Program-made: the position numbers and the translations under genes | Source: Nitrospirota bacterium | Lineage (GTDB): Bacteria > Nitrospirota > UBA9217 | Length of the DNA stretch: 64,000 bases | NCBI GenBank assembly: GCA_029858565.1 | Contig: JAOUEV010000001.1 | Span: 96,001 to 160,000, forward strand | Reading direction: 5' to 3' | Shown here: one piece after another, positions 18,421 through 33,367 of the stretch | Layout: every line of letters starts with the position of its first letter | How positions within the stretch are numbered: position 1 is the first letter of the stretch | The notes under the pieces: generated by a model | What the model saw: only the letters and a program-made list of their open reading frames with translations | Database searches by the model: none | Told to the model about the DNA's origin: nothing

Positions 18421-18490
18421 ACGAGAAACGAGAAACGAGAAACGAGAAACAGGAACTCACTCGTCGCTTGTCTCTGGTCACTTGTCACTG
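18421..18490. repeat. heptamer tandem repeat (ACGAGAA)x4 with degenerate inverted arm
   Basis: seen directly. Confidence 0.75.
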
Positions 18491-18527
18491 AGTAAATATC
18501 CCGGGACATCCGGAAAGGAGAACGAAC

Positions 18528-19622
<1,095 letters not shown>

Positions 19623-19780
19623 CGCCCGCCGCCGGATAATATTAGAAATTTCGCGCAAGTTAATGTACAATAGAACCACTTGCCGGTCGGTCCGGCCGCG
19701 TTCAGCGGTCAACGGCCGGCGCGATTTTTCTGCCCCGCCTGCTTGTCAGGCGTCGGTGCGTCTGGTTTGCGGGAGGTACC

Positions 19781-20998
19781 ATGCAACTGAATGATCTGCT
19801 CAAAGCGACGTTCGAAAAAAGAGCGTCGGACCTGCATCTGAAGGTCGGTGTTCCACCGGTCCTCAGGATCGACGGGAGGCTGGTGCCGCTTGATGCCGAG
19901 AAGCGGCTGACCCAGGAAGACACGGTCGCGATCGCGTCGGGCATCATGAACCCGGGCCAGAAGGCCCGGTTCAACGAGAAGAACGAGCTGGACCTGGCCT
20001 ACGCGGTCCCGGGGCTGGGACGTTTCCGCGTGAACATATTCAAACAGCGCGGCAGCGTGGGCATGGTATTCCGGTCCGTGCCCGCGAAGATCCTGAACTT
20101 CGAGGAGCTGCTCCTGCCCCCGGTATTGACGAAGGTCGCCCAGGAGCAGCGCGGCCTGATACTCGTGACCGGGACCACGGGAAGCGGAAAATCCACGACG
20201 CTCGCGGCCGTGATCGATTACATCAACACGGCGCGCACCACGAACATCGTGACCATCGAAGACCCCATCGAGTTCCTGCACCGGGACAAGAAGAGCATTG
20301 TGAACCAGCGCGAGATCGGTTCGGACACCTTCACCTTCGGAGAGGCGCTCCGGAGCGCCCTGCGCCAGGACCCCGATGTCATCCTCGTTGGCGAAATGCG
20401 CGACTTCGAGACCATTTCCACAGCGCTGACCGCGGCCGAGACCGGCCACCTCGTGCTGTCCACCCTCCATACGGTGGACACTTCCGAGACCGTGAACCGC
20501 ATCATCAACGCGTTCCCGCCCTTCCAGCAAAAACAGGTGCGCATGCAGCTGGCATCGGTCATCAAGGCCATCGTTTCCCAGCGGCTGGTCGCGCGCGCTG
20601 ACGGCAAGGGCCGCGTGCCTGCCGTGGAAGTGATGCTCGGGACCATGTCGGTGCGCGAAGCGATCATCGACGAGACCAAGACCCGCACCATCCCCGGGAT
20701 CATATCCTCGGGCATGGTCCATTACGGCATGCAGACCTTTGACCAGTCCCTTCTTGGCCACTACAAGAAAGGCATCATCACCTACGAGGAAGCGCTCACC
20801 ATGGCAAGCAACCCCGACGATTTCGCGCTCAAGGTCAAAGGCGTGCAGTCTACGAGCGACCTGGCCATGGAAGAGGATGAAAAAAAGAAGTCCGGATCAG
20901 GCATACGGGGCACCATCGGCGGAGCAAAGCCGGCGGCCAAGGAGTCCCCGGGCTCCTCAGGAAACTCGGATTTCAAGATCGACCGGTTCGGCAAGTAG
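19781..20998 (+). CDS. pilT: type IV pilus retraction ATPase, PilT/PilU family
   Basis: ASDLHL, TGTTGSGKSTT, EDPIEF, LRQDPDVI.VGEMRD, GMQTFDQSL. Confidence 0.88.
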   Translation: MQLNDLLKATFEKRASDLHLKVGVPPVLRIDGRLVPLDAEKRLTQEDTVAIASGIMNPGQKARFNEKNELDLAYAVPGLGRFRVNIFKQRGSVGMVFRSVPAKILNFEELLLPPVLTKVAQEQRGLILVTGTTGSGKSTTLAAVIDYINTARTTNIVTIEDPIEFLHRDKKSIVNQREIGSDTFTFGEALRSALRQDPDVILVGEMRDFETISTALTAAETGHLVLSTLHTVDTSETVNRIINAFPPFQQKQVRMQLASVIKAIVSQRLVARADGKGRVPAVEVMLGTMSVREAIIDETKTRTIPGIISSGMVHYGMQTFDQSLLGHYKKGIITYEEALTMASNPDDFALKVKGVQSTSDLAMEEDEKKKSGSGIRGTIGGAKPAAKESPGSSGNSDFKIDRFGK

Positions 20999-21072
20999 GC
21001 GTGAGACGTGAAACTAAAGAGGGATAATATCATTTCAGGGCGGTCCTCAGTGACCGCCCGTTCAATTTGACC

Positions 21073-21561
21073 ATGGAGCAGGACGACAAGGAACTGAAAC
21101 GGGCAAAGAACAGCGCCTATCGTTTTCTCACCATCCGTCCCCGAAGCAGATACGAGGTCGAGCATAAGCTTCAGGACCGGGATTTCCCCTCGGACATCAT
21201 CACTTCCGTCATTGATCATCTTATCAGGCTTGGCTATCTTGACGATCGAAGGTTTGCGGCCCAATGGGCAGCGAGCCGTGTACGGACGCGCGGATTCGGC
21301 AGACGCAGGATCGAGCAGGAACTTTACACCAAGGGGATCAGCCGTGAACTTATCACCGATACCCTGAGGGAGCTCTTTTGCGACGAGCCGGAGCTTGATG
21401 TGGCGCGCAAGGAGGCGGAAAAGAAGCTTCGTTCCCTCGGACGGTTCGACCCGGAGGTCCGGAAGCGGCGGCTTGCCGGGCATCTGGAGCGGAAAGGATT
21501 CCCTGCGGAGATAATCGGGAAAGTCCTGAGGGAGACGGGCCGTGACCGACGCGAACCTTGA
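21073..21561 (+). CDS. recX: regulatory protein RecX
   Basis: LT.RPRS..E, GYLDD.RFA, G.RRI.QEL..KG, L.RKGF. Confidence 0.88.
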   Translation: MEQDDKELKRAKNSAYRFLTIRPRSRYEVEHKLQDRDFPSDIITSVIDHLIRLGYLDDRRFAAQWAASRVRTRGFGRRRIEQELYTKGISRELITDTLRELFCDEPELDVARKEAEKKLRSLGRFDPEVRKRRLAGHLERKGFPAEIIGKVLRETGRDRREP

Positions 21562-21607
21562 CTAATCCGATGAGAAGGGGTATGATCATCCGTATTAAGT
21601 TACGGAT
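21558..21607 (+). promoter_or_regulatory. TA operon promoter with operator palindrome
   Basis: TTGACT-17-TATGAT then ATCCGTA-TTAAGT-TACGGAT. Confidence 0.7.
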
Positions 21608-21621
21608 AATCGGAGGATATC

Positions 21622-21912
21622 GTGAAAGCAGCATTCAAAAGGGAAGAGATGGTAAGTGCAACAACGGTTGCGAAGAACTTCGGCAAGGTCGTTGCGGACC
21701 TTTTGGAACACCGGAAGGAGAAGGCGGCCGTGGTCAGGAACAATGAGATCACAGCGGTCATTCTGCCTGTCGAGGATTACGAGTACATGGCGGATGTGGT
21801 CGAGTTCGTGGAGCATCTCGAGATCTACGATATGGTCACGAAGCGACGGAAAAGCGCCGGCAAGCGCGTTCCCTTGGACAAGCTGTTGAAGGAGGAAGGC
21901 GTTGCGCTATAA
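21622..21912 (+). CDS. Phd/YefM-family antitoxin
   Basis: MVSAT..AKNFG.V...VVRNNE..AVIL.VEDYE; overlaps toxin gene. Confidence 0.75.
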   Translation: MKAAFKREEMVSATTVAKNFGKVVADLLEHRKEKAAVVRNNEITAVILPVEDYEYMADVVEFVEHLEIYDMVTKRRKSAGKRVPLDKLLKEEGVAL

Positions 21913-22210
21913 GGTCGTTCTTACCGCGGAAGCGGCGAACGATTTTCGCAGTCTTGACGGCTCGGTCAAGAAACAAGCCGCCCGACAGCTCAAAAAGCTC
22001 GAAGAATCACCTCACCTTGGCCAGCCGCTCGGAAATCGTGCAGGATTCGATCTGGCTGGTTACTATAAGCTGTACGCGGCAACTAAAGCCATCCGGATCA
22101 TCTATCGTATTATTGAGGATGAAGTCGTTGTGGAGATTCTAGGCATCGGCAAGCGGGCTGATTTCGAGGTCTATGCGGATGTGGCGAGAAGGTTGTTGAA
22201 GAAGAAGTAG
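21902..22210 (+). CDS. RelE/ParE-family toxin
   Basis: YKVVLT.EA..DF..LD...G.PL....L.GYYKL...RIIYRI...IGKR. Confidence 0.82.
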   Translation: MRYKVVLTAEAANDFRSLDGSVKKQAARQLKKLEESPHLGQPLGNRAGFDLAGYYKLYAATKAIRIIYRIIEDEVVVEILGIGKRADFEVYADVARRLLKKK

Positions 22211-22326
22211 GTGAACCTGTTGTCAGGGATACCGGCTGTCCCGCACTAATCTGTTGAATTCTTCCCGTTTTTCTGCTATTTTCCCCAGTGCTGTTACTTT
22301 CTTAAATTTTCGCCAAGAGGTGTGTT

Positions 22327-24966
<2,640 letters not shown>

Positions 24967-24994
24967 TGCTGCTTAGATCTAAAAAGTAAAATGT

Positions 24995-25068
24995 ATCTCG
25001 CGCGAAGCCGCAAAGGAAAGCAATGATCTGACGAACTTCTTTGCGGGCTTAGCGTCTTTGCGAGAGAT
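24995..25068. repeat. inverted-repeat element (CGCAAAG family)
   Basis: ATCTCGCGCGAAGCCGCAAAG ... CTTTGCG...CTTTGCGAGAGAT. Confidence 0.7.
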
Positions 25069-25104
25069 ATGATCTGGTCTGTTTATTTGAGAGTTGTGAA
25101 CTTG

Positions 25105-25144
25105 AACGCATCCGGAGCCCTTTCCGGGTGCGTTTTTCATTTTT
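25105..25144 (+). terminator. intrinsic terminator after alaS
   Basis: AACGCATCCGGA...TCCGGGTGCGTT + T tract. Confidence 0.7.
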
Positions 25145-25236
25145 CTCCAACCGCTTGTGCTTTGCTGTTCTATGCTATAATCAAATCAAACAGCTATAGT
25201 TAACTTCACAGGAACTCATCTCACAAGGAGGTTGCC

Positions 25237-25554
25237 ATGGTGGTTGCGGAGATCGTCAAGAGGGCTTTTCTGGCAGGGCTTGGTGCGCAGGAGAAGGCGA
25301 AGGAGTTCGTCGACGAGCTGGTAAAGGCCGGGGAGCTTTCAAAGAGCGACGCGGCTGCGATGGTCAAAGAATGGACCGAAAAAGCGCAGCAGAGCACCAA
25401 GGACGTGGATGTAAAGCTCAAGGACGCCGTGGCCGGCATCCTGGAAAAACTGCACATCCCGAATAAGGACGAGTTCGAACGGCTGGAAAAGAAGGTGCAG
25501 AGCCTTTCCGCGCGGGTCAGAAAGCTCGAAGGCGGGGGCGAGGCAGAGGACTGA
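25237..25554 (+). CDS. phasin-like protein
   Basis: AGLGA..KAKEFVDELVK.GELS, IP.K.EFE.LEKK. Confidence 0.75.
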   Translation: MVVAEIVKRAFLAGLGAQEKAKEFVDELVKAGELSKSDAAAMVKEWTEKAQQSTKDVDVKLKDAVAGILEKLHIPNKDEFERLEKKVQSLSARVRKLEGGGEAED

Positions 25555-25572
25555 TCGTCCGGGTAGAGCGCT

Positions 25573-27279
25573 ATGTCCTTCCTGGGGTTCTGGAGAAGAC
25601 ATTACCGGGACATTCCCCGGGTGCGGCATATCCTGATGGTGGCGTCCCGGAACGGGTTCGGCCATCTTGTGGAACAAACAGGTCTGCAGCGGTTCGTGTC
25701 CGTGGGCATGAGGTTTCTGGCGTTCCGGAAACCTCCGCCCATGGTCCATCCGCTCGGAGCGCCCGAACGGCTCCGGATCATGTTCGAGGACCTGGGGCCG
25801 ACATTTATCAAACTGGGCCAGGTGCTTGCCTGCCGGCCCGATCTCCTTCCCCTTGAGTATGCGCGGGAACTGGCAAAACTTACCGATTCCGTCGCTCCCT
25901 TTCCCTTCCCCGAAGCGCGAGAGATCATTGAGTCGGACCTGAACGCGGGTCTTGATGAACTGTTCAGCCGATTCGACGTTGTGCCGGTAGCTGCGGCATC
26001 GATCGCCCAGGTCCACAGCGCTGCCCTGCCCGACGGCCGCGAGGTCATGGTCAAGGTCCAACGGCCGAACATCGACCGCATCATTGAGCGCGACACCAGC
26101 ATCCTGAGCGGGATCGCCGCCCTCCTGGACACCCACGTGCGCGAGCTTCAGCCCTACAACCTGCCGGGGATCGTGGATGAGTTCGCCCGGACCATCGGCC
26201 GGGAGCTCGATTTCTACATCGAAGGATCGAACGCCCAGCGGCTGCGCAGGAACTTCGAGGCCGGCGACGTGCTGGTCATACCCGAGATCTACCCGGATCT
26301 ATCGAGCAGGCGGGTGCTGGTCATGGAGCGGATCGAAGGGATCCGGATCGACGACGTGGACGGGATCGTCCGGCGCGGCCATGACCGCAAGGAGATAACG
26401 AAAAAAGGGGCCGGCGCCTTTTTCAAGATGGTGTTCCAGGACGGACTGTTCCACGCCGACCCCCATCCGGGCAACATCTTTGTGCTCGCCGACGGACGGA
26501 TCGGCCTGGTCGACTTCGGCATCATGGGCCGGGTGACCGAAGAGAACATGGAGCATTTCGCCAACGTCCTGCTTGCGCTCGCGGATCACGATTATGATTC
26601 GCTGGCACGTCAGTATGTGAACCTCGGCTTCGTGTCCGAGGAGACCGTGGACATCGAGAAGTTCCAGCGCGGTCTGCGCGACGACCTGGAGGAGCTGCTG
26701 GAGCCTTATTACACCATGAAGGTCGGGCAAATAGACTTCGGCGTATACGTTGACCGGGTCTCGCGGATCCTGTCGCGGCATAAGCTCCGGCTTCCTCAGA
26801 ACCTCTACCTCATGGACAAGGCGCTGATCACGCTTGAAGGACTTCTGAAGCAGCTCGACCCGGAATTCAACTATTTCGAAGCTGCCCAGCCCTACGTGGA
26901 GGACCTGATCCGCAAGAGGCACCAGCCCGCACGGATGCTTCGGCGGGCGCGCAAGAGTTTGGCCGCGATGAACGACGCGGTGATCGATCTGCCGCGCCAG
27001 GCGCGATCAGCTCTTGGTAAGCTGCTTCGCGGCGACGTGGGGGTGAAGCTCCACCATGAGGGCCTGCACCATCTTATCCGCGACCTGGACAAGGCGAGCA
27101 ACCGGCTGTCATTCAGCATCATCACCGCTGCCATTATCGTGGCATCGTCCATTATCATCCACTCGGGGCTCGGCCAAAAGATCTTCGATCTGCCCGTGCT
27201 GGGGCTTGCCGGCTATGTCATCGCCGGTCTCTTCGGCATCTGGATCTTGATCGGCATCCTGCGGTCGGGACAACTATAA
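25573..27279 (+). CDS. AarF/ABC1/UbiB-family atypical kinase
   Basis: LGPTFIKLGQ, AAASIAQVH, VKVQRP, FHADPHPGN, DFG. Confidence 0.92.
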   Translation: MSFLGFWRRHYRDIPRVRHILMVASRNGFGHLVEQTGLQRFVSVGMRFLAFRKPPPMVHPLGAPERLRIMFEDLGPTFIKLGQVLACRPDLLPLEYARELAKLTDSVAPFPFPEAREIIESDLNAGLDELFSRFDVVPVAAASIAQVHSAALPDGREVMVKVQRPNIDRIIERDTSILSGIAALLDTHVRELQPYNLPGIVDEFARTIGRELDFYIEGSNAQRLRRNFEAGDVLVIPEIYPDLSSRRVLVMERIEGIRIDDVDGIVRRGHDRKEITKKGAGAFFKMVFQDGLFHADPHPGNIFVLADGRIGLVDFGIMGRVTEENMEHFANVLLALADHDYDSLARQYVNLGFVSEETVDIEKFQRGLRDDLEELLEPYYTMKVGQIDFGVYVDRVSRILSRHKLRLPQNLYLMDKALITLEGLLKQLDPEFNYFEAAQPYVEDLIRKRHQPARMLRRARKSLAAMNDAVIDLPRQARSALGKLLRGDVGVKLHHEGLHHLIRDLDKASNRLSFSIITAAIIVASSIIIHSGLGQKIFDLPVLGLAGYVIAGLFGIWILIGILRSGQL

Positions 27280-27434
27280 GAGCAGCAGTAAGGGGTAAGG
27301 AGCAAGGAACAGCAAAGCCGGTGCCGGTGGCTGGGAACAGCCGATATACCAGAGAACGTGGGATCACCTTTCGAATTATTCTCTCCATCTTATTGACGAA
27401 CCCGACATAGCGGTATATCATATTCGAACCTATC

Positions 27435-28535
<1,101 letters not shown>

Positions 28536-28663
28536 TAAGTGATAAGCAGTAAGCGCTAGAGCAGAAAAAGGGCTAGAGGGCTAAGAAGCAGGATCGAGGA
28601 TTACAGGATCAGAGGATTAAAAGGGTAGATGGTAGCCGCGGGCTTTAGCCTGCGTTAGTCATG

Positions 28664-29020
28664 TTACTCGATCATGATCGTATATCCCGCGAACTCCGGT
28701 AACGCAGCAAGCATTTCCTTCATTCCGTCCGTCTTGAACTTTCCGTAGGCCATCGAAGTGTCGGAGAACTTGATGGCCTTTTTGTTCCCGTCGCGCTCGA
28801 ACTTCCCGCCGCCGAGGATATGCCAGGCTTTGTCGTGAATGAAAAACTTTTCCTTCCTGCTGTCGTAGCTTCCTTCGATGCCCTTGTCCATGCAGAACCG
28901 TTCCACGATGTTGGCGTGGTATTTGGTCAGCTCCTTGGGGGAGAGGATGAGATATATCTCGTTGCTGTTCCATATCTGGACGAACTTGCCCACGGTTGCC
29001 GAAGGGATGTCGGTTTTCAT
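28664..29020 (-). CDS. hypothetical protein
   Basis: 118-aa ORF at end of minus-strand operon. Confidence 0.6.
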   Translation of the reverse strand: MKTDIPSATVGKFVQIWNSNEIYLILSPKELTKYHANIVERFCMDKGIEGSYDSRKEKFFIHDKAWHILGGGKFERDGNKKAIKFSDTSMAYGKFKTDGMKEMLAALPEFAGYTIMIE

Positions 29021-29072
29021 GATGGAACTGTAGTAAACGGGTGTGTAGTCGATGAATACCATGTACATGTTC

Positions 29073-29591
29073 TCAGGGCTTTACCTGCTCGATGAATCTT
29101 CCCTGATATCGTGCGTGTCCGTCGCACTTTTCGAACACGAACTGGCAGATCCGCGTGCCGGGATAGAGCGCCAGCGGTCCATGGCCCAGGTTCACGATCT
29201 CAAGCACCTGGTGATTCGAGATGCCCGGGTGCATGAATCCGGCGGTGACGTGCACGGCAAGGCCGAAGCGGGCGAACCTGCTTCTGCCTTCGAGCCTGCC
29301 CGAGATATTGTCCGCAAGGGTGATCTTTTCCCGGGTGATCCCCAGTATCATCTCTCCCGGTTTGATCACCATGTAGCTGCCGTCAGGCACATGCACGGTC
29401 CTGGTGATATCCTCGAACCGGGAATCGTTCTTGATGTGGTAGACCTTGAACTTCTTTTTGAACATCCTGAAATCGTTCCCAAGCGTAAGGTCAACGGACC
29501 CCGGACCGACCTGTGACCGGTCGAGCGGTTCGATCCTGATCGAACCATCAGCCAGTGCTTTCCCTATTTCTTCTCCGACCAGAATGCTCAT
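29073..29591 (-). CDS. dcd: dCTP deaminase
   Basis: PGSVDLTL, EGRSRFAR.GL.VH.TAG...PG, LEI.N, RICQ. Confidence 0.88.
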   Translation of the reverse strand: MSILVGEEIGKALADGSIRIEPLDRSQVGPGSVDLTLGNDFRMFKKKFKVYHIKNDSRFEDITRTVHVPDGSYMVIKPGEMILGITREKITLADNISGRLEGRSRFARFGLAVHVTAGFMHPGISNHQVLEIVNLGHGPLALYPGTRICQFVFEKCDGHARYQGRFIEQVKP

Positions 29592-29594
29592 AGT

Positions 29595-30449
29595 TCACTC
29601 CCTCTGCCTCGGATCAAGCGCATCCCTTATGCCTTCGCCGAGCAGATTATACCCCAGCACGGTAATGAGGATGGCGAGGCCGGGAAAGGCTGAGAGCCAC
29701 CAGGCGATCTCGATGTTGTCCTTGCCTGACGAGAGCAGGCTGCCCCAGCTCGGTGTGGGCGGCTGGACGCCGAGGCCAAGGAAGCTCAGGCCTGATTCCA
29801 CGAGGATCGCGCCGCCGATGCCCATGGTAGCGGAAACAAGGATGGGGGAGAGGCCGTTCGGCAGGATGTGCTTGAAGATGATCCTGAAATCCGTTGCTCC
29901 GAGCGCCCTGGCCGCGGTGACGTATTCCCGCTCCTTGATGGCGATGAACTCCGCCCGAACGAGGCGGGCGGGCTCCATCCAGCTGGTGAGACCGATCACG
30001 ATCATGATGTTCATGATATTCGGCTCCAGGATGGCGATGACCGCGAGTACCAGGAAGATGGTGGGGATGCTCAGCATGATATCCACGAAGCGCATGAATG
30101 CGCTGTCGATGTATCCTCCGTAGAATCCCGCGATGGCGCCGACCAGGATGCCGATGAGGGTGGCGATGCCGATGGCCACGAAGCCCACTTCGAGCGAGAT
30201 GCGCGCGCCGTAGATCATGCGTGCCAGAACGTCGCGGCCCAGCTCGTCAGTGCCAAAGGGATGCTCCACGGTCGGCCCCACGAGGATATGCTTTACGTCG
30301 ATCTTCGACGGATCGTGCGGGCTGATCCACGGCGCAAGGACAGCGACCACGAACACGGCAAGCACCAGCAAACCGCCGATGACGGACAGCCAGTTCCTGC
30401 GGAAGGTCCGGAAAGTTTCGGTTGTTGTAAGGGTTATGTTGTTTGGCAT
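29595..30449 (-). CDS. peptide ABC transporter permease (OppC/DppC)
   Basis: HPFGTDELGRD, ARALGA, LSFLGLG..PP.PSWG. Confidence 0.92.
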   Translation of the reverse strand: MPNNITLTTTETFRTFRRNWLSVIGGLLVLAVFVVAVLAPWISPHDPSKIDVKHILVGPTVEHPFGTDELGRDVLARMIYGARISLEVGFVAIGIATLIGILVGAIAGFYGGYIDSAFMRFVDIMLSIPTIFLVLAVIAILEPNIMNIMIVIGLTSWMEPARLVRAEFIAIKEREYVTAARALGATDFRIIFKHILPNGLSPILVSATMGIGGAILVESGLSFLGLGVQPPTPSWGSLLSSGKDNIEIAWWLSAFPGLAILITVLGYNLLGEGIRDALDPRQRE

Positions 30450-30450
30450 G

Positions 30451-31422
30451 TCACTTCAGTCTCACTCTCGGGTCCGTGAGCGCGTACCCGATGTCCGCGA
30501 GGAAATTCCCGAGCATGGTGAGGCCCGCGGCAGGGACGAGCACACCCATGGCAACGTTGTAATCCCGCGAGAAGACGGCCTGGTACATGAGCTGACCCAT
30601 GCCGGGGATGCCGAAGACCTGCTCCATGATCACGCTGCCGCCGATGATGCCGGGCAGGGAGAGGCCGAGGATCGTGATCACGGGCATGAGCGCGTTCCGG
30701 AGCGCATGCTTGTACACGACCACGTTCTCGGAAAGTCCCTTGGCCCGGGCGGTCCTGATGTAGTCCTGGCGCAGGACCTCCAGCATGTTGTTCCGCATGT
30801 ATCTTGAGAAACCCGCCAGACCGCCGACAGCAGAGACAAATACCGGCAGGACCAGATGGTTCGCCTTGTCCATGAGCCTGTCCCAGCCTGACAGGCCGGT
30901 CAGGTCAAGGCTCTGGAGCCCGGAGATGGGCAGCAGGCCCCACTGGACACCGAAGAAATAGATCAGGAGCAGGGCGAGCCAGAAATGGGGCATGGAATAA
31001 CCCACGAACACGAAGATCGTGGTGAAACGGTCGAGGCTGGAATACTGGTGCGTTGCCGAGAGGATGCCTATGGGAATGGCGAGCAGCAGCACCACTGCGA
31101 GCGACAGAAGATTGATCGTGAGGGTGATGGGCAGGCGTTCGAGGATCTTGTCCTTCACCTTGCGGCCGTCGGCAAAGGCCTCGCCGAAATCCAGGGTAAC
31201 GAACTTGCGGAGCCAGGTGATGTACTGCTTGTGCACCGGCTGGTCAGCGCCATAGAGCTTCCGGAGCCGCTCCCGCGCCTCGGCAGAGGCCTTGGCCGAG
31301 AACTCCATCTGCGCTTCCGCAGGGCCGCCGGGCGCCATGTGCATGATCGTGAAAGAAAGGACCGTTATCCCGAGCAGGATGGGGACCATGAGCAAAAGGC
31401 GCTTTAGACTATAGAAGAGCAT
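30451..31422 (-). CDS. peptide ABC transporter permease (OppB/DppB)
   Basis: QDYIRTARAKGL, HALRNA, FGIPGMG, LTDPR. Confidence 0.92.
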   Translation of the reverse strand: MLFYSLKRLLLMVPILLGITVLSFTIMHMAPGGPAEAQMEFSAKASAEARERLRKLYGADQPVHKQYITWLRKFVTLDFGEAFADGRKVKDKILERLPITLTINLLSLAVVLLLAIPIGILSATHQYSSLDRFTTIFVFVGYSMPHFWLALLLIYFFGVQWGLLPISGLQSLDLTGLSGWDRLMDKANHLVLPVFVSAVGGLAGFSRYMRNNMLEVLRQDYIRTARAKGLSENVVVYKHALRNALMPVITILGLSLPGIIGGSVIMEQVFGIPGMGQLMYQAVFSRDYNVAMGVLVPAAGLTMLGNFLADIGYALTDPRVRLK

Positions 31423-31427
31423 GGGGG

Positions 31428-31682
31428 CTAGTCTTTGACCTTGTAGACAAGGTCAAAGGGATTGGCAGGCTGGGAAAGCTTGATACCCGTGAACTGGCCG
31501 CGCATGGCTTTTTCGACCGGCTTGTGGTCGAACTCCATGGCGTCCACCTTCTGGGTGAAATCCGTGCCATTACCCTTGATGTGGATGGTCTCTCCTACGG
31601 CAAGGTCGCCGAAATCGAGTTTCACCGCGGCAATGGAATTCTTCTCAAAATACCTGATGACCGATCCGATCCGCTCTTCCAT
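31428..31682 (-). CDS. EF-Tu domain II-like / U32 C-terminal-like small protein
   Basis: IG.V..YF.K..IAAV.L...L.VG.TIHIKG..TDF.QKV. Confidence 0.65.
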   Translation of the reverse strand: MEERIGSVIRYFEKNSIAAVKLDFGDLAVGETIHIKGNGTDFTQKVDAMEFDHKPVEKAMRGQFTGIKLSQPANPFDLVYKVKD

Positions 31683-31796
31683 GGGGTCAATGATAGTATA
31701 AAATCCCCGTTCTTTCAAGAAAAAACCATGATGCCCCCGTCCGGGGGAGACGGCGAGAACGGCCGATAACCTTCAATCATTTTAACCTCATAGCGC

Positions 31797-31825
31797 TTGA
31801 CAAGGCAGGGGGCGGCGAGTATTAT
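31797..31825 (+). promoter_or_regulatory. tRNA operon promoter
   Basis: TTGACA-17-TATTAT. Confidence 0.65.
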
Positions 31826-31863
31826 ATGGTCTGCCGTGAAGGGGCCAGGGAAGGTCAAATGCG

Positions 31864-31940
<77 letters not shown>

Positions 31941-32007
31941 GTTTAATTGCGGATTGCGGATTGTAGATTGCGGATTGCACGTTAATCCACAATCCCAAAT
32001 TTAGAAT

Positions 32008-32084
32008 GCGCCTGTAGCTCAGCTGGATAGAGCAACAGCCTTCTAAGCTGTGGGTCAGGGGTTCGAGTCCCTTCAGGCGCGCCA
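32008..32084 (+). tRNA. tRNA-Arg(TCT)
   Basis: cloverleaf, anticodon TCT, CCA end. Confidence 0.96.
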
Positions 32085-32236
32085 ATTCAAATGCGGAACG
32101 GGGAATGCGGAATTTGGAATGAAATACCGCAGATCCCTGACCCGAGGGGTCAAAGGGGAGAGGCTCCCCTGAGATGAATATCGGGGGAGATTCCAGAGGG
32201 GGCTGGCCCCCGCTGGGGAGCCCTTTAGGGGCGACT

Positions 32237-32268
32237 GGTCAGGGGTTCGAGTCCCTTCAGGCGCGCCA
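32237..32268 (+). repeat. 32-bp direct repeat of tRNA-Arg(TCT) 3' end (att-like)
   Basis: GGTCAGGGGTTCGAGTCCCTTCAGGCGCGCCA identical to 32053-32084. Confidence 0.9.
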
Positions 32269-32405
32269 TATAACAATTGCGGATTTGTAAAACCGCAGCA
32301 CCAATAACTGAAAAGTGTATTCCTGATTGCAGGGTGTGATAGTCGGGCCGGAACGAAATGATTACAATCCGCAATCCGAAATCCGCAATCGGGAAATAGA
32401 AACAT

Positions 32406-32482
32406 GGTGGGCGTAGCTCAGTTGGTAGAGCACCAGGTTGTGGCCCTGGTGGTCGCGGGTTCAAGCCCCGTCGCTCACCCCA
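32406..32482 (+). tRNA. tRNA-His(GTG)
   Basis: G-1, anticodon GTG, CCA end. Confidence 0.96.
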
Positions 32483-32573
32483 ATCAATTGCAGTGCGGAG
32501 TGCAGAGTGCGAAGTGCGGAGTGAAGCATCGTCATTCATTCCGAATTCCGCATTCCGGACTCCGCATTTTATT

Positions 32574-32650
32574 GCGCCCGTAGCTCAGCTGGATAGAGCG
32601 TTGGCCTCCGAAGCCAAAGGTCCCGCGTTCGAATCGCGGCGGGCGCACCA
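32574..32650 (+). tRNA. tRNA-Arg(CCG)
   Basis: TTGGC-CTCCGAA-GCCAA anticodon arm, CCA end. Confidence 0.95.
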
Positions 32651-32747
32651 TCTAATTGCGGATTTTCGATTGCGGATTGCGGATTGCAATACATAAAGCG
32701 GATTTTTGTAAATCCGCAATCCGAAATCTACAATCCGAAATCGTCAT

Positions 32748-32824
<77 letters not shown>

Positions 32825-32991
32825 TAAGTAAATTTTGATTTCGGAATGCGAAATGCGGAATGAAAAGCGTTGTTTCGCTCCGGCGAGCGAGGAAAAAATT
32901 CCTCTGATAACCCCATTTTCCTGTTGCATCCGGTACTAAAGATGCGTATAATACGCTCCTTGTCGCAAGGTATTGTATTCCGTTTTTTAAC

Positions 32992-33067
<76 letters not shown>

Positions 33068-33184
33068 TATAAAACACCGAGAGCAGTGGGCGACTGAACG
33101 CACACTGCTCTCATTGTTATTGCGGCATTCAAAGGGCAGGTCGTCTGGAGAACCTATCCCGGGGCCATGCGTTCCTATAACGTC

Positions 33185-33267
33185 GCGAGAGTGGCGGAAC
33201 TGGCAGACGCGCTGGTCTTAGAAGCCAGTGGGCAACCGTGGGGGTTCAAGTCCCCCCTCTCGCACCA
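33185..33267 (+). tRNA. tRNA-Leu(TAG)
   Basis: anticodon TAG, variable arm, CCA end. Confidence 0.95.
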
Positions 33268-33367
33268 TACATCAAATGCGGATTGCGGATTGCGGAATGC
33301 GGAATGAAATAATCCCATCCCACCACGTTCAATCTCTGCTTTATCAATAGCGAACAGGAGCAAGGAC

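Noticed and set aside
19781-20998. pilT between recA and recX as a novelty
   Set aside because: This order is known from Geobacter-like genomes
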